DNA of 55,519 nt from a virus. Its lineage: Duplodnaviria; Caudoviricetes. The stretch's first letter is position 1. Each line of letters starts with the position of its first letter. A program made the position numbers and the translations under genes. Under the pieces are notes generated by a model. It worked only from the letters and a program-made list of their open reading frames with translations. It had not been told where the DNA came from and searched no databases. Below, one piece after another: positions 1-8,125 of the stretch. The stretch spans positions 1 through 55,519 of the IMG/VR virus record IMGVR_UViG_3300037320_000070. One strand, 5' to 3'.

Positions 1-2
1 AT

Positions 3-239
3 ATTTGTGAAATTATTTATTTACTTGAATCCGGTGAACATAGAATAAATCTTTATGGTGACGATGATTATATGTTAGGTATAATGGGTAATATCGTTAG
101 TGATAAAAACTATAGCATATTATTATCTACTATCTATGTAGAGCGAAATAGACAAGGTAGAAACAGGATAATCAAGACATCAAAACTCAACTTAAAAACT
201 AAATCAGATTTTTATGAATTAGACCTTGCAAGTGCATAA
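3..239 (+). CDS. 3' end of a hypothetical protein truncated by the window edge
   Basis: Open frame 3 from the window start to TAA at 237-239. Confidence 0.55.
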   Translation: MCEIIYLLESGEHRINLYGDDDYMLGIMGNIVSDKNYSILLSTIYVERNRQGRNRIIKTSKLNLKTKSDFYELDLASA

Positions 240-311
240 CATTTACCGTATACTGATTTTGTTGGGTTGATTCAGACCCCCTTTTTTACCCCTCTTGAGG
301 AATATATTATG
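226..311 (+). promoter_or_regulatory. Early sigma70-type promoter plus conserved leader/RBS cassette
   Basis: TTGCAA-17 nt-TATACT, then GTTGGGTTGA...TTGAGGAATATATTATG; near-identical copy at 20288-20371. Confidence 0.85.
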
Positions 312-1103
312 AATGAATCAAAAGACACTTATTATCTTGGTACTGGCGAAAAAACAATGATGTACACGCTTCGTGTGCAATGGTATGAAACCGTTGTATA
401 TGAGGGTGAAAACGTTGTCCTAGAGCGAGATAGCTATATTCAAAACTTGTCTATCGATTATGATAAGGCGCGCGAAAAAGCCCAAAATATGGGTTATGTA
501 GTTAATACCCCAATGTTTGACCTTGAAGAAATTCGCCGCAATGAGGATGTGAAGCGTACACTTTATCGTTCTGAGTGTGAAGCTTATGATGAATATGACC
601 GAATAGCCAAAGAAGCTAGTTTAATTGAGTATATTAAGTTAGGCAAATTTCCATTCGGCAAATTCCGCGCGCAACCATTCGAAGACGCTGATACTAGTTA
701 CCTAATGTATTGGTTACAGTCTAACCCAGAAGACTCAGTAACAAGATCGCTAGTATCTATGTTGCAAGTCAAATTTCCAAAGCTAGTTGAACTTATGAAT
801 ATGAAGCCCAACGGCGAGTATTATGGTTCACCAAAAACACGTTACCAAACGCTGAAAGGTATCGTAACTACTAGATTCTGCTTTATTGGCTTTTATGGTT
901 GGGTTACTGTTATGAAAGTTATCCTTGAAACTGGCGAATTGGTAGTCTACAAAGGTTCTGGTGACGTTGCATTGCCAAGTGGTGACTATCCACAACTCGG
1001 TAACACTATAACATTCGCGGGTACTGTTAAAGAGCATACCGTATACGAAAAAGTGAATCAAACAATGGTTCAGCGTCTTAAACTTAAAAGCATTGAGGTA
1101 TAA
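309..1103 (+). CDS. Hypothetical early protein with an FPFGKF..YL.YW motif and a probable C-terminal OB-fold
   Basis: ORF track; start moved to ATG 309 behind the GAGG RBS; motif resembles DUF3820/ExoX C-terminal-type modules. Confidence 0.7.
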   Translation: MNESKDTYYLGTGEKTMMYTLRVQWYETVVYEGENVVLERDSYIQNLSIDYDKAREKAQNMGYVVNTPMFDLEEIRRNEDVKRTLYRSECEAYDEYDRIAKEASLIEYIKLGKFPFGKFRAQPFEDADTSYLMYWLQSNPEDSVTRSLVSMLQVKFPKLVELMNMKPNGEYYGSPKTRYQTLKGIVTTRFCFIGFYGWVTVMKVILETGELVVYKGSGDVALPSGDYPQLGNTITFAGTVKEHTVYEKVNQTMVQRLKLKSIEV

Positions 1104-1106
1104 ATT

Positions 1107-1349
1107 ATGAATAAGTCAGATGCTATAGAATTATTGAAACTTGGTAAGAAAATATCTCACCCTTTCTTTTTTGAAGATTGGGAATGGATAAAGTTAGTAA
1201 ACCCATTAGTATGTGGTGTATATGTTAATGAATCCGGTGGTAAATATACCTCTGATAGATTTTGGGGTGATAGAGATCATCCATCTTGGGAAGAGGGTTG
1301 GATCGAATTTGGTATGGGTTCTAATGATGAATACTTTAATTATATTTAA
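1107..1349 (+). CDS. Hypothetical protein
   Basis: 80-aa ORF with GAGG RBS, directly after the previous gene. Confidence 0.7.
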   Translation: MNKSDAIELLKLGKKISHPFFFEDWEWIKLVNPLVCGVYVNESGGKYTSDRFWGDRDHPSWEEGWIEFGMGSNDEYFNYI

Positions 1350-1356
1350 CTTCGTG

Positions 1357-1364
1357 TATAAATA
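1357..1364 (+). promoter_or_regulatory. T4-type late promoter
   Basis: Intergenic TATAAATA 5 nt upstream of ATG 1370. Confidence 0.8.
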
Positions 1365-1369
1365 TAAGT

Positions 1370-1834
1370 ATGAAAACATACAAACAATTTATATCAGAGA
1401 AAAATGACGGCACATATGTTGCCGTTAGGTTCTCTGACGAATCTAATAAAAAACTAAAAGCGTATGCTGAATCCTTGAATCTTAAACCTATCAAGGACTT
1501 TCATGCAACCATAGTATACTCACCAACTACCCTAGACGTACCTATTGGCGATATCTCATTCAATGCTACCCTCATACCTAAGTCACTAAAATATCTTGGT
1601 GAGGTCGGTAATAAGTATCGTGCATTGGCTTTAGTCGTGCATTCCGATGATCTTCAAACTAGATATGACTATTATGTTGATAAAAAGAACTTTAAAAGTC
1701 GATTTGATTCATACATACAACACATTAGTTTAGCATACCAACCAAGTGAAGGTATAAATATAAATGAACTACCGCTACCGGACTTCGAAGTAGAAGTAAT
1801 TAATGAGCGCGTAGAAAAATTAAATAGTGGGTAG
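1370..1834 (+). CDS. acb1: 2H phosphodiesterase, T4 gp57B/Acb1 (anti-CBASS)-like, with N-terminal capsid-targeting sequence
   Basis: GTYVAVRFS, HATIVYS and HISLAY (two HxT/S motifs) match the T4 57B pattern; N-terminus MKTYKQFISE. Confidence 0.85.
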   Translation: MKTYKQFISEKNDGTYVAVRFSDESNKKLKAYAESLNLKPIKDFHATIVYSPTTLDVPIGDISFNATLIPKSLKYLGEVGNKYRALALVVHSDDLQTRYDYYVDKKNFKSRFDSYIQHISLAYQPSEGININELPLPDFEVEVINERVEKLNSG

Positions 1835-1837
1835 TAT

Positions 1838-2272
1838 ATGAAATCTTTTTCTGAATACGTAGAAAGTAAAATAAAAATACCCAAAGGAAATTTAGGCATT
1901 CTTAGAAAAAATATGCCACAAATTAAATCTAATCATGTTCCAGAGTTTATGAAATGGTTGAAAACATTCGGCGTTTCTATGATAACTAAAAGTGTAGCAA
2001 TTAAGACACTAAAAATGACTCAAAAAGAAGTTAGTATGGATAAAATTTTAGGTATGATAAACGATGCCCCAGAGGAATCACTTAGCAAGCCGATAATTCT
2101 ATCTTCGGATAATTATATATTGGATGGACATCATAGATTCGTTGCATTATATAACAAAAATAAAAATATTAAATTGACTGTATATCAGGTGAATGTTAAA
2201 ATAGATGCCTTATTAGAGTTAGCGCATAAATTTCCAAAGGCAATAAAACAGGGCATAAATGAAAACGTTTAA
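1838..2272 (+). CDS. ParB/Sulfiredoxin-like domain protein with capsid-targeting-like N-terminus
   Basis: KPIILSSDNYILDGHHRF ParB/Srx motif; N-terminus MKSFSEYVE. Confidence 0.75.
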   Translation: MKSFSEYVESKIKIPKGNLGILRKNMPQIKSNHVPEFMKWLKTFGVSMITKSVAIKTLKMTQKEVSMDKILGMINDAPEESLSKPIILSSDNYILDGHHRFVALYNKNKNIKLTVYQVNVKIDALLELAHKFPKAIKQGINENV

Positions 2273-2786
2273 AGAATATTTACTAGATGAAAGTGTTGGT
2301 TTAAAGATATACGTAGATATGGATGGAGTCGTTGCCGATTTTGTTGAATATATGGAATCTGTAACTGGTGAAAAAATTGATCAGTTAACTAAAGATGATG
2401 TTGCATTTAAAAAAATTAAACAAAAATTGACGGCTGGTGACTTCTTTTCAAAATTGAAGCCAATGAAGGGATTAAAATTACTTAAAGACTTTCAGGCGGC
2501 TGGTGTCGATTACGAAATATTATCAAGTGTTGGTAAATTTAATTCTGCCAACGTTGCAAATCAAAAAAAGGCATGGCTTAAAAAACACTTGGGATTTGCC
2601 CCAAAATTTAATTACACGACATCTAGTGTGGATAAAGCTAAATATGCTAAACCTAATACTGTCTTGATTGACGATAGAACTAAAAGTACTGGTCCCTTTA
2701 AATCTGCTGGTGGTCAAGTTATATTGCACAAGACATACGAGGATACAAAGAAAAAGATAGACAAATTATTAAAGGATCATAACTAA
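2259..2786 (+). CDS. HAD-family 5'(3')-nucleotidase (NT5C-like) with capsid-targeting-like N-terminus
   Basis: IYVDMDGVVADF motif I and VLIDDR motif IV; N-terminus MKTFKEYLLDE. Confidence 0.85.
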   Translation: MKTFKEYLLDESVGLKIYVDMDGVVADFVEYMESVTGEKIDQLTKDDVAFKKIKQKLTAGDFFSKLKPMKGLKLLKDFQAAGVDYEILSSVGKFNSANVANQKKAWLKKHLGFAPKFNYTTSSVDKAKYAKPNTVLIDDRTKSTGPFKSAGGQVILHKTYEDTKKKIDKLLKDHN

Positions 2787-3769
2787 TGAAAGAGTTCAAC
2801 CAATTTATTTGCGAAATGGATATACTGCAAGAAAAGCTAATAACGTTCGGAAAAAAAGCATATCCTAAATTCGGTAATGTCGTTATTCTAGCTGGCGGTG
2901 CTGGTAGTGGAAAGGGCTTTACTGCTGAACACTTAATGGGTATTGAAGGTAGAACTTTTGACGTAGATGCTGTTAAGAAACTGGTTCAGGCATCTGTAAA
3001 GGTAGCCAAAGTGATTAAAGCTGAATTTGGTGTAGATGTTAAAACACTATCACTTAAAAATCCAGATAATGTTTCTAAGTTACATGCACTATTAAAGAGT
3101 ACTCGATTCTTAGATGGTAATCAAAAAGCATTTTTTAGTAATTTAGAAAATATTCCATTATTAGCCGACAAGGGTGCTGGTGGAACTAAGGGTGCTGAAG
3201 GTAGAAAGCCTAATATGATATTTGATGTAACTTTAAAGGATATGGGTAAGTTAAAGACTATATCTAAGTCAGTTATGGATCTAGGATATGCCAAAGAAAA
3301 TATTCACATTGTTTGGGTTTTAAATGATATAGAAATGGCAAAAACACAAAATCAAAAACGCGATAGAGTAGTACCAGCCGATATATTACTAGATACCCAT
3401 ATTGGAGCTAATCAAACATTTAAAGATTTAATTAGTCGTAGTTCAGATTTGAGATCTTACATGGATGGTGATGTATGGATTAGTTTCAATAAATTTAAAG
3501 TTGACTCAACTCTAATAAATGCCCAAAGTGAGGAAGATTCTGTAATGTGGAAGGGTGCAGAACGCCTAATAACTAAAGTTGGTGATGATGAACGTATACA
3601 ATCAAATGTGTTTAAAACTAAAACCAGTGGTAAGGGTATGTTTATTCCTCAGTCGTTTTTTGTTAAAGTAAAAGAACAAGGTAAATCGACTAGAGGTAAG
3701 CGAGATATTTCAAGGGCATCAATTCGAAAAATTAAAGAATATGTTCCAAATCCTGAAGCTTGGGATTAA
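2786..3769 (+). CDS. P-loop kinase (zeta-toxin/AAA_33-like) with capsid-targeting-like N-terminus
   Basis: Walker A GGAGSGKG, MIFDVT Walker B-like, NQKRDRVVP lid; N-terminus MKEFNQFICE. Confidence 0.75.
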   Translation: MKEFNQFICEMDILQEKLITFGKKAYPKFGNVVILAGGAGSGKGFTAEHLMGIEGRTFDVDAVKKLVQASVKVAKVIKAEFGVDVKTLSLKNPDNVSKLHALLKSTRFLDGNQKAFFSNLENIPLLADKGAGGTKGAEGRKPNMIFDVTLKDMGKLKTISKSVMDLGYAKENIHIVWVLNDIEMAKTQNQKRDRVVPADILLDTHIGANQTFKDLISRSSDLRSYMDGDVWISFNKFKVDSTLINAQSEEDSVMWKGAERLITKVGDDERIQSNVFKTKTSGKGMFIPQSFFVKVKEQGKSTRGKRDISRASIRKIKEYVPNPEAWD

Positions 3770-3781
3770 TAGGAGAAATTT

Positions 3782-3991
3782 ATGTTATCAAATGTTAATA
3801 ATAAAACAGATTATCAAGTTTTTCAAATGTTTAAAAACTTATATGAAACTTATATGAGTGCCAGTGAAAATGACCGAAGGGTATTTCATGATAATGATAT
3901 GGAAGTAATTCTTGAAAGATTGGGTAATGTTGATTATTTGGGTAATAGATTTACCCTAGTTAATGAATCTATAGTTGTAACTAAGCTATGA
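3782..3991 (+). CDS. Hypothetical protein
   Basis: 69-aa ORF with AGGAG RBS. Confidence 0.65.
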   Translation: MLSNVNNKTDYQVFQMFKNLYETYMSASENDRRVFHDNDMEVILERLGNVDYLGNRFTLVNESIVVTKL

Positions 3992-4401
3992 TTGCTGGCG
4001 ATTCTGGTGGCGATCCAAACGCAATTGCATCTGGCACTAACTCTGGGTCTGTGGTACTTGTACCGGACGGTCTTAAAAAGAAAAAACGTAAACCTATAAA
4101 AACCTTTAAAGAATTTAAAAACTCTAATATAGTTGAGCGTTGGAACCCATTCAGCGACCTAGATAATTATAAAATGAGTAAATTCTTCCTTGGTACTGGT
4201 AAATCCGTTGAAGTTGTAACTCTATTTTCTAAAATGACTCAACGTTATAAAGCTGGTAAATGGGAATTCAAAAAGATGCCATTGGAAGTACTCGCAGATA
4301 TCACTAAAATTAAAGTTAAACTTTTAATTCATGACCTAGAACTTGCTGGATTTTCTGATAAACAAATTAATATCGGTAAAGGTAGTGTTAAGTTTAATTA
4401 A
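3988..4401 (+). CDS. T4 61.1-like protein with a C-terminal extension
   Basis: AGDSGGDPNAIASGTNSGSVV resembles the T4-family 61.1 motif; adjacent to the primase as in T4. Confidence 0.65.
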   Translation: MIAGDSGGDPNAIASGTNSGSVVLVPDGLKKKKRKPIKTFKEFKNSNIVERWNPFSDLDNYKMSKFFLGTGKSVEVVTLFSKMTQRYKAGKWEFKKMPLEVLADITKIKVKLLIHDLELAGFSDKQINIGKGSVKFN

Positions 4402-4409
4402 TATATTTA

Positions 4410-4447
4410 TTGAATAATGCCCCATAGTGTGATACCATGGGGCATTA
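4410..4447 (+). promoter_or_regulatory. sigma70-type promoter overlapped by a dyad (possible terminator)
   Basis: TTGAAT-17-TACCAT with TG; arms TAATGCCCCAT/ATGGGGCATTA. Confidence 0.55.
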
Positions 4448-4474
4448 CTTATTAGTTAGATTGAGTTTTTAATA

Positions 4475-5470
4475 ATGGAATTATATGTACAAAAAGACTT
4501 AGCAAAGCAAGTTATGCCTTTGCTGAAATTATCAATTATCACATCTACCAATCCGCTAAAAATTAATTTTAGATGCCCCGCTTGTGGTGACTCAAAAAAA
4601 GACCCATATCTTTGTCGTGGTTGGATGTATGAGAAACAAGGTAACATGAAATTCGGTTGCTTTAATTGTGATGAAGGAACATATCTAGCCCCATTCGTAA
4701 AAAAATACTTTTCTAATGTGTGGGATGGTTTTCGCCTTGAGCATTTTAAAAATAGAAATGTAGAAAAACCACCGGTCGCAATCATAAAACCTAGAAAAAT
4801 AATATATAAGCATCATGATTATAAATCGGTTAAATATTTATCCGATGAACATGATGCTGTCAAGTATTTACTAAATCGAAAAATACCAAGAGGATTCTTC
4901 AAAGATATTTACTACACTAGTCATTGGAAAAAATGCGCCGATGATATATGTAGTGGCATAATGAGAACTATGGATAACGATTATCCTAGAATCGTATTTC
5001 CATTACAGGATAAAAAAGGTGTATTTGGTATTCAAGGTAGAGACTTGGCAAATCACCCCGCAAAATATCAAACTATATTATCTTCACCGGATGCTGTTAA
5101 AGTATGGGGTCTGAGTCGTATAAACAGTTCTAAGCGCGTGTTTATTCTTGAGGGGATACTAGACGCTATGTTTATTGCGAACGCTGTAGCTATGCTAGGC
5201 GGCTCTGCTGACCCTAAATTACTAAAATTCGACAATAAGGTATGGGTACTGGATAATGAACCCAGACACCCAGACACAAAAAAGCGTATGAATAAGCTGA
5301 TAAAGCAAGGCGAACAGGTTATGATTTGGTATAATTGCCCATTTAAAGGTAAAGACGTTAATGAAATGATTCAAAACGGCGCTTCTATAATTGACATTAA
5401 CAAATATATGTGGAAGAATGTATATTCTGGTCTTATGGCTAAGATGAAAATGAGTGATTGGAGTAAATAA
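4475..5470 (+). CDS. 61: DNA primase (T4 gp61)
   Basis: NFRCPACGDS..GCFNC zinc ribbon, ILEGILDAMF TOPRIM, LDNEPR, KDVNEM. Confidence 0.95.
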   Translation: MELYVQKDLAKQVMPLLKLSIITSTNPLKINFRCPACGDSKKDPYLCRGWMYEKQGNMKFGCFNCDEGTYLAPFVKKYFSNVWDGFRLEHFKNRNVEKPPVAIIKPRKIIYKHHDYKSVKYLSDEHDAVKYLLNRKIPRGFFKDIYYTSHWKKCADDICSGIMRTMDNDYPRIVFPLQDKKGVFGIQGRDLANHPAKYQTILSSPDAVKVWGLSRINSSKRVFILEGILDAMFIANAVAMLGGSADPKLLKFDNKVWVLDNEPRHPDTKKRMNKLIKQGEQVMIWYNCPFKGKDVNEMIQNGASIIDINKYMWKNVYSGLMAKMKMSDWSK

Positions 5471-5655
5471 TGAAACTTAAAAAAGCCGAACGAAAGGGGT
5501 ACTATGCTGAAATATTAAGTTTGATATTAGAGGGCAAAAATAAAAAAGCGCATGATAAGTTGATAACTATGTGTGCATTAGACACAGAATGGTTTATTAT
5601 ATCTGATTATGATGTTATAACTAAGCGAATAAAAGAGAGTAAAAATAATGGCTGA
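5470..5655 (+). CDS. Hypothetical protein
   Basis: TAATG coupling to the primase. Confidence 0.6.
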   Translation: MKLKKAERKGYYAEILSLILEGKNKKAHDKLITMCALDTEWFIISDYDVITKRIKESKNNG

Positions 5656-6169
5656 ACAGAATGAATGTGCTTCACTAGTCGATACCAAAGATTACATTGA
5701 AGCGGGGCATATGTATAATAATCTATTGGGCATGGGTAAAGATCCGTATCAAAAGATGTTGGATATGCAATCTAATTTACAATTAAAATTGAGTGAAAAA
5801 TTAGATTGGAATCCGATCCCAGAAGAATTAGAAACTTGTGGTGAAATTTTGACTTGGTTACAGCATAACAATGATGCAATCGATGATGAACGCCGCGAAC
5901 TTTATACCGCACTTGGTGGTATGTCTAATGGTGAAAAAGCGGCTACGGCTGTTTGGAAAACTTGGAAAGCTAATCACTGGGAAATGCAAGACAAACTAAT
6001 GTCTGACTTATCCGAATCTGATCAAAATGAAATTGCATTTGAAATGATTGATCAATTACATTTTATCAAGGCGCAACTATTAGCATTGAAATTAGATGCC
6101 AAGAAAATATTCTGTCTGTATTACGTTAAGAATGCTGAAAACTTTCGCAGATACGAATCTGGTTATTAA
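5648..6169 (+). CDS. 56: dCTP pyrophosphatase/dUTPase (T4 gp56-like)
   Basis: DDERRELYTALGGMSNG, WKTWK, FEMIDQLHF, YYVKNAENFRRYESGY. Confidence 0.9.
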   Translation: MAEQNECASLVDTKDYIEAGHMYNNLLGMGKDPYQKMLDMQSNLQLKLSEKLDWNPIPEELETCGEILTWLQHNNDAIDDERRELYTALGGMSNGEKAATAVWKTWKANHWEMQDKLMSDLSESDQNEIAFEMIDQLHFIKAQLLALKLDAKKIFCLYYVKNAENFRRYESGY

Positions 6170-6180
6170 ATAAGATTTGA

Positions 6181-6237
6181 CTTAATGAGTTATATATAAA
6201 CTATTTAGGGTTAATGGGTTATATATAACTCATTAAG
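6181..6237. repeat. Perfect 19-bp inverted repeat with 19-nt spacer
   Basis: CTTAATGAGTTATATATAA (6181-6199) / TTATATATAACTCATTAAG (6219-6237). Confidence 0.9.
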
Positions 6238-6255
6238 CTAACTAAGGGGTTATAT

Positions 6256-6921
6256 ATGATACAAATAGATTTTGAAACTTTAGCAACCACACCAGATGCA
6301 ATGTTGGTATCACTTGCATTAGTTAGATTTCCAGATGTTGGTGATCAAAATTCTTGGAAATTATTAAACGAAGCTGGGGCGTTTGAGTGTCTAGTTAGAG
6401 ATAATTCCATTAATATTAAATTTGAATTAAAATCCCAACGTGGCTTGCGCGTTATGGATAGTAGGACAATTGCTTGGTGGAAAAAGCAAGGTGAAGCGGC
6501 TAAACAAATTAAACCATCTGATGAAGATCTTACTTTGGCTCAAGCATTGCCTATCATAGTAAAATTCTTTAAAGACCATTTCGATCCACAGACTGATTTA
6601 TTGTATTCTAGGGGTAACGCATTTGACATATCTATGTTTGAGCATTATCTAGTTCAACAAGACTATTTACCTTATGATCTATTCAGATTTTGGAATGTTA
6701 GATGCGTTCGAACTGACATAGGTTCAACGCTAATGAACAGATCATTGGATAAGTGCCATATACGAAAAGAGGATCTTAAGGGCTTTGTTGCGCATAATCC
6801 GGTACATGATTGTTGCAAAGATATTATGATGATGTATTATGCACAACAATATTCGTTAGGAAATATGGAATACCCTGAAGCTGAAGATAGTCACGAAGTC
6901 ACAATAAACTACAGGAAATAA
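6256..6921 (+). CDS. dexA: DexA-like DEDDh 3'-5' exonuclease
   Basis: IDFETL, SRGNAFD, FWNVRCVRTDI, HNPVHDCCKD. Confidence 0.9.
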   Translation: MIQIDFETLATTPDAMLVSLALVRFPDVGDQNSWKLLNEAGAFECLVRDNSINIKFELKSQRGLRVMDSRTIAWWKKQGEAAKQIKPSDEDLTLAQALPIIVKFFKDHFDPQTDLLYSRGNAFDISMFEHYLVQQDYLPYDLFRFWNVRCVRTDIGSTLMNRSLDKCHIRKEDLKGFVAHNPVHDCCKDIMMMYYAQQYSLGNMEYPEAEDSHEVTINYRK

Positions 6922-6924
6922 AAT

Positions 6925-7440
6925 ATGAAGTTAATAGTAATGGGTTATAAACGACATGGTAAAGATGCAGTATGTGAATTAATTAAAGCTAGGCATGGTA
7001 AAACGTTTACTTCTAGTAGCTGGTTTTGTTGTAAAAAATTTATATTTGATGAATTGAAAAATATTCACAATTATGATACACCTGAAGAGTGTTTTGAGGA
7101 TCGGGTGAATCATCGTCAATATTGGTACGAATCAATTAGAAATTACAATAGTAAAGATCGCGCGCGCTTGGGTAGAGATATATTTGCTATTCATGATGTG
7201 TACTGTGGAATTCGTGATCTGCAAGAATTAGACGCTATTAAGGCGGCGGGATTAGTTGATTATGTAATATGGGTTGATGCGTCTGGAAGATTACCACCGG
7301 AAGATCTTAGTAGCATGAACATTTCTACAAAACATGCCGATATGTACATAAATAATAATGGTATTGAGCATGATTTACCTGAGCAAGTAGATATGGTGAT
7401 GAAAACTGCAATCGAAGCACTTTATTATAGGAACGGATAA
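6925..7440 (+). CDS. Deoxynucleoside monophosphate kinase (gp1-like)
   Basis: MGYKRHGKD P-loop, CGIRD..E, D..INNNG. Confidence 0.8.
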   Translation: MKLIVMGYKRHGKDAVCELIKARHGKTFTSSSWFCCKKFIFDELKNIHNYDTPEECFEDRVNHRQYWYESIRNYNSKDRARLGRDIFAIHDVYCGIRDLQELDAIKAAGLVDYVIWVDASGRLPPEDLSSMNISTKHADMYINNNGIEHDLPEQVDMVMKTAIEALYYRNG

Positions 7441-7443
7441 ATT

Positions 7444-7650
7444 ATGGTTAATAGTATATTAGCACTTATTAATGTAGAACTTTATGAAATATTTACATTG
7501 TGGTCTATAGGAATGTTGATTATATTCATTATTAGACATACTGTAAATTGTATTATTAAAGCGAATCAGGGTGATATTGTCGAATTTTCAATCGGAATTA
7601 TTGCCCCACTATTATTATTAAATTTTGCGGTATACCTAATTAAATTCTAA
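7444..7650 (+). CDS. Small membrane protein
   Basis: Two hydrophobic segments. Confidence 0.6.
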   Translation: MVNSILALINVELYEIFTLWSIGMLIIFIIRHTVNCIIKANQGDIVEFSIGIIAPLLLLNFAVYLIKF

Positions 7651-7675
7651 AACTTACAACATAAGGATTTTTTAT

Positions 7676-8125
7676 ATGTCTTGGACAAGCCGAATTTCTA
7701 CTAAATCCTATTATCTGTATCATTATAACGGTACAGATATTATAGACTACTTAGCCACTGGTGATTATTTTTTAATGGTGGCTACTTTAATTTCAAAGTA
7801 TGATGCGTATATGTTTAAAGATTCAAATACTGAAACCGAGCATAAACTAACTTTGAGTATGCACGTAAATCAAGAAATCTTAAAAATAAAATTATCAGTT
7901 AATGACCAAGTTATTATTATAGATGGGGATTTAAATGATATTAATCCTAGAGAACGCTATTGCAATTTGATAGCTCAAGAGTTATTATTTACGTCCGACA
8001 AATGGGGTGATGAAATTACTAGGATTTATAATATGATAGTTGATGCTGATTTAACGCCGCGACAATTAGAACAATCATTTCACTCTTCTTTTAGTAAATT
8101 TGAAGATAATAAGGTAAGCGTATGA
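7676..8125 (+). CDS. Hypothetical protein
   Basis: AAGGA RBS; ATGA overlap with the topoisomerase gene. Confidence 0.7.
   Translation: MSWTSRISTKSYYLYHYNGTDIIDYLATGDYFLMVATLISKYDAYMFKDSNTETEHKLTLSMHVNQEILKIKLSVNDQVIIIDGDLNDINPRERYCNLIAQELLFTSDKWGDEITRIYNMIVDADLTPRQLEQSFHSSFSKFEDNKVSV

Noticed and set aside
1838-2272. ParB-like gene as a plasmid/prophage partition system
   Set aside because: No ParA, no HTH or parS, short stand-alone domain in a late operon of a lytic-type genome.
2786-3769. Zeta toxin of a toxin-antitoxin pair
   Set aside because: Only the generic P-loop kinase fold is evident, with no recognisable epsilon antitoxin; the context fits a packaged enzyme better.
5648-7440. 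gp56 plus dNMP kinase as evidence for hydroxymethylcytosine DNA
   Set aside because: No dCMP hydroxymethylase or glucosyltransferase in the window; gp56-like dUTPases also occur in unmodified T4-like phages, and apparent restriction-site avoidance argues against full C modification.
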